This document shows, piece after piece, positions 60,970-64,000 of a stretch of 64,000 nt of DNA. The DNA comes from Psammoneis japonica (taxonomy: Eukaryota): contig QPGO01000199.1 of assembly GCA_008632985.1 (NCBI GenBank), forward strand, positions 62,001 to 126,000. The letters are read 5' to 3'. Under the pieces are notes generated by a model that was not told the DNA's origin, ran no database searches, and saw only the letters and a program-made list of their open reading frames with translations. The stretch's first letter is position 1. Each line of letters starts with the position of its first letter. A program made the position numbers and the translations under genes.

Positions 60970-63900
60970 TGTGAGCATGAAATTTAAACAAAGTTGTCAC
61001 TTGGGACGAACAAATCCCGATGCAGTCGCATGAGACAATGTCACACCTTGAGCCTGAGAGTGGCAGTGACAAACAAAGCAAACCCTGTTCCGATTGTGTT
61101 GTGTGAGATTGTGCGGGAAAGAACAACAGCCAAACCGTGCGCGCCAGCCCCGGACCAGGGGCTGACCGCCCCATCCAGATTTGCTTGGTGGCAGTCACAA
61201 TGCCGATTCGTCTAAACGCAGAACATCCTCTCAAAGAGAGGCAAACACAAAAACCCAAATTCAAACCACCAGCTGTGCTGGCTTGGGAGGCCAAGACACG
61301 TGGGCGTGAACCGCAGGTGCCTGGCCTTGGCGTTGGGACGCCACCAAAAAATGCAAGAACAAAGCTTCCAGCACCGCTCGCCTGTCACCAACTTCGTAAA
61401 CAAATCCGCCAAGTTCGTGTCTGTGTCCTCCTTTCCAAAGCGAATGACACCAGCTGCTGCCGCCTCACAAACCACATGACAGTTAACGGCATTGTGCTTC
61501 TTGTGCAGTGCAGATTCCGGGACACTGACATTCTTCACCATGCCGTGGTCATTGCAAAATACATTGGCAGGGCCTTCGATCAGTGCTCCAAACATGCGAA
61601 GCTTGCAATGCAAAGCAACAGTCAACTCCTTGCAAATTCGCATCGCACAACCAACTCGCCACCAAACATTGCTGACTCCACTGTGTTCTGCCGCTTGCCA
61701 AACCAAATGATCAGAGCATTGTTCACAAATGTCAAGATCCCGCTGTGTGACCTGCGAGCAATGACATTCCCCGCATGGTCAGCATCAACAAATCCAGACA
61801 CATTTGCTGGGTTGCCACGGGGCTTGGGCATCCGTGGCAGCAACTCCTCCTCAACGTCCCCACAGAACTCCATCCAATCTGCAGCAGAATTGAAAACAGA
61901 TTCATCAATCTCAGGCATCTTCGGATCAGTGACCAACATTCAAATGCTTCTTCATGTGCGCAAACACGTGATGCAATGCTTCGAGGTGCCCTTTCCTTGG
62001 GTTGGCCTGGCACTGAGAGAGAACAGAAACTTCATGCAAGATGTCGACATGCCCCAATTCAATTGCCCAGCGACAAATGCCAATCAGCTGCAAATGTCCA
62101 TCCACCGAATTGGGTCCCAACTCATCTGTCACGTCCAATTCCGGCTTGCACTTGGAAGGCAATGGATCCTTGGCATTGCTCTTCAAGACTGCGCCATCTC
62201 CATCCTCTTCCAACAGACCTTCCACCGTCTTGATCGCCGACTTGATGTGTGATTTCGGTGAGCTTGCCCAAATGGTGCGCCCATCTTCGGTCTGAACCTT
62301 CTTGACATTGGCTCCAAGGCACAACGCCAGTTCTCCTTCGCTCCCAGGTTTGACAGCAAACGATTCACCTGTGCTCTTGACGATGGACTTTCCTTGATGG
62401 GAAATGATTAGAATGTCATCAACACACACGAGTGGCATTTCACAATGCTCGTGCCCATCATCGCGAGTTGCTGCACAAATGCACATGTTGGGATCCACCT
62501 TCGCAGATTCAAAACCCACACCCCACAAAACCGTTGGTCCTGAACTCTTCAAACCATGCAGCGCTCGGGTCACAATTGGCACCTTGCCTTGATGCTCCCC
62601 GCATTCCTTGCCACCTTCGAACCAAATCTTTTCCGCGCACGGGGCATTCAAACACGCGTTCTCCAGGTCGACAGCCATGGCATCCACTCCATTCAAAGCT
62701 GCCAATGGAAATCCTGACCACACGCTGTCCCTCGAAATGACACTTGAATGTGTGATCTATGATGGTGTCTCTGCAGTGTGACCTCCTGCAACAAATCTGG
62801 CCTTCCCAGTGAAATCCATCTTGACGTCAAACACCAAGTGGCAGCTGATCTCCTGATGACCTCACAAAGTTGTGCTCTTGCCTTCCCGGACAACTTGAGG
62901 GGTTTCAGCTTCGTGTTCGCGCCACGCGACCTTGCGCGCGACCTTGACCTCATTCATCTCCTTGTTGGTTGCACGAGCCCAACAGTCTGTCCCCGTTTCC
63001 TGGTCAATCTTCAAAGCATCTTCCGCAGACTTGGGCAAATGCGTGCCGAACTTGTGGGCAGTGTGCCAACATTTCTTCTTAACCTTTGAAATGATCCGAT
63101 TCCGCTTGCGCAATGCGTGCGCAACCCACCAAGCAAAAGCTGGCTCTTCGGTCAACCTGTTCGCAACAGCATGCTCAGCAACTTCAATTGGGTTAGATTC
63201 CTTTAGATCCTTGAGCTTCACCCATGACAAGCCACCATCTTTCCATGTGACCAGTGACTTCCATCCTTTCGCAGTTGTCTTCTTGTGTTCCTTCCCGTCA
63301 GCCACATGGACTGTCCCTTCCTGGGTCGGCATCGCTTTGCCAGTCTTCTCATGGTCCTGCATCTCCTGCAAGATAGAATGTTGGTTGCCTTCGCTGTCAA
63401 CTTGAGCAAACATGTTCTCCGCGACTGCATTGGCAGCACACTTGTCCATGGCACCATCAGTGCATTCAATCTCACATTCGCGGGTGTCAAACAATGGACT
63501 CTGATGTCGGGTCCCAATCGGTCGCCCATCCTGGCCCGTGCTCGTTTTGCTGCGACTCCTTGTTGCTCAGCATTGGTTCCAACATCAAACACAAGCTCCA
63601 TTCCCAGATGTTGGTCGATGGCCTCTTCGTTGTTGTCCTCGGGTCGTTCTCCTGGCAACAACATGTCCCCGCATTCCTCATCGGTTGGTGTCACACCACC
63701 TTCATGCTCCACTCCGGGGTTGCCGTCGATCGCGACATCATCCAAAACAAATGCCGGTGCTGCTTCATCACCTTGCAAAACGAAGTTCGTGTCATCCAAT
63801 TGTGTCTCCAGTTGTTTGTTGAATTTGTCGACTTTCACACGAATGTCCGGTTGCACCATGTCAGCCTGTGTTGCGTGCTCGACTGAAGTCTTCGAAACTG

Positions 63901-64000
63901 TCTTCCCGGATTCCGTGACAATCCAATGGCACATGTCTGATGCAACACACAGCTGCTGATAAGAGTCAATGTATCACGGCGACGTGTTGCAGCATTTAAA
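60970..64000 (-). mobile_element. Second Ty1/copia element (3' half, runs off the window), TpA-hypermutated
   Basis: RT DLENACLNAP, ALHGLKSSG, LVCVDDIL; RNase H FVDADHAG, QNTVESAMFG, NLADLFTK; PPT gagagga near 61226-61232; candidate 3' LTR about 60970-61225. Confidence 0.88.

Larger units (their letters stand above)
56410..64000. other. TpA-depleted block 4
   Basis: About 7.6 kb with very few TA. CG is retained in 56.4-58.0 kb and 61-64 kb but mostly lost in 58.4-60.9 kb. Confidence 0.9.

Noticed and set aside
61137..62252. 371-aa plus-strand ORF
   Set aside because: Antisense shadow of copia pol, kept open by loss of TA-containing stops.
61926..62723. Alternative genetic code explaining Tyr>His/Cys
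   Set aside because: Neighbouring genes use TAY for conserved Tyr normally, and non-coding LTR DNA shows the same change.

Overview
Eukaryotic DNA, most likely from a diatom. The inference rests on CoDi-like Ty1/copia elements, short GT-AG introns, a bipartite-type signal peptide and diatom-typical gene families. The window is a transposon-rich mosaic: a full-length Ty3/gypsy element (9651-14673), a young Ty1/copia with identical LTRs (28979-35149), a 7.3-kb P-superfamily DNA transposon (44169-51478), three MITEs, decayed gypsy and copia relics, satellites, about ten host genes and several gene fragments. Many host ORFs carry isolated frameshifts, which may be long-read consensus errors or true decay. 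The main discovery is a regional, dinucleotide-specific hypermutation. In sharply bounded blocks (about 1-3090, 14370-15480, 23950-28640 and 56410-64000) nearly every TpA has become TpG or CpA, meaning A>G on either strand at 5'-TA-3'. Manual alignment of the two gypsy LTRs gives 30 differences in 317 bp, all transitions, and 22 of the 23 TpA sites of one LTR are converted in the other. Conserved Tyr codons in the affected copia read His or Cys (YVDD>CVDD, YGLK>HGLK), which fixes the direction as TA>TG/CA, the reverse of fungal RIP. This looks like a RIP-like genome-defence mutator acting on TpA. A base-calling artefact of a modified base must be excluded first.
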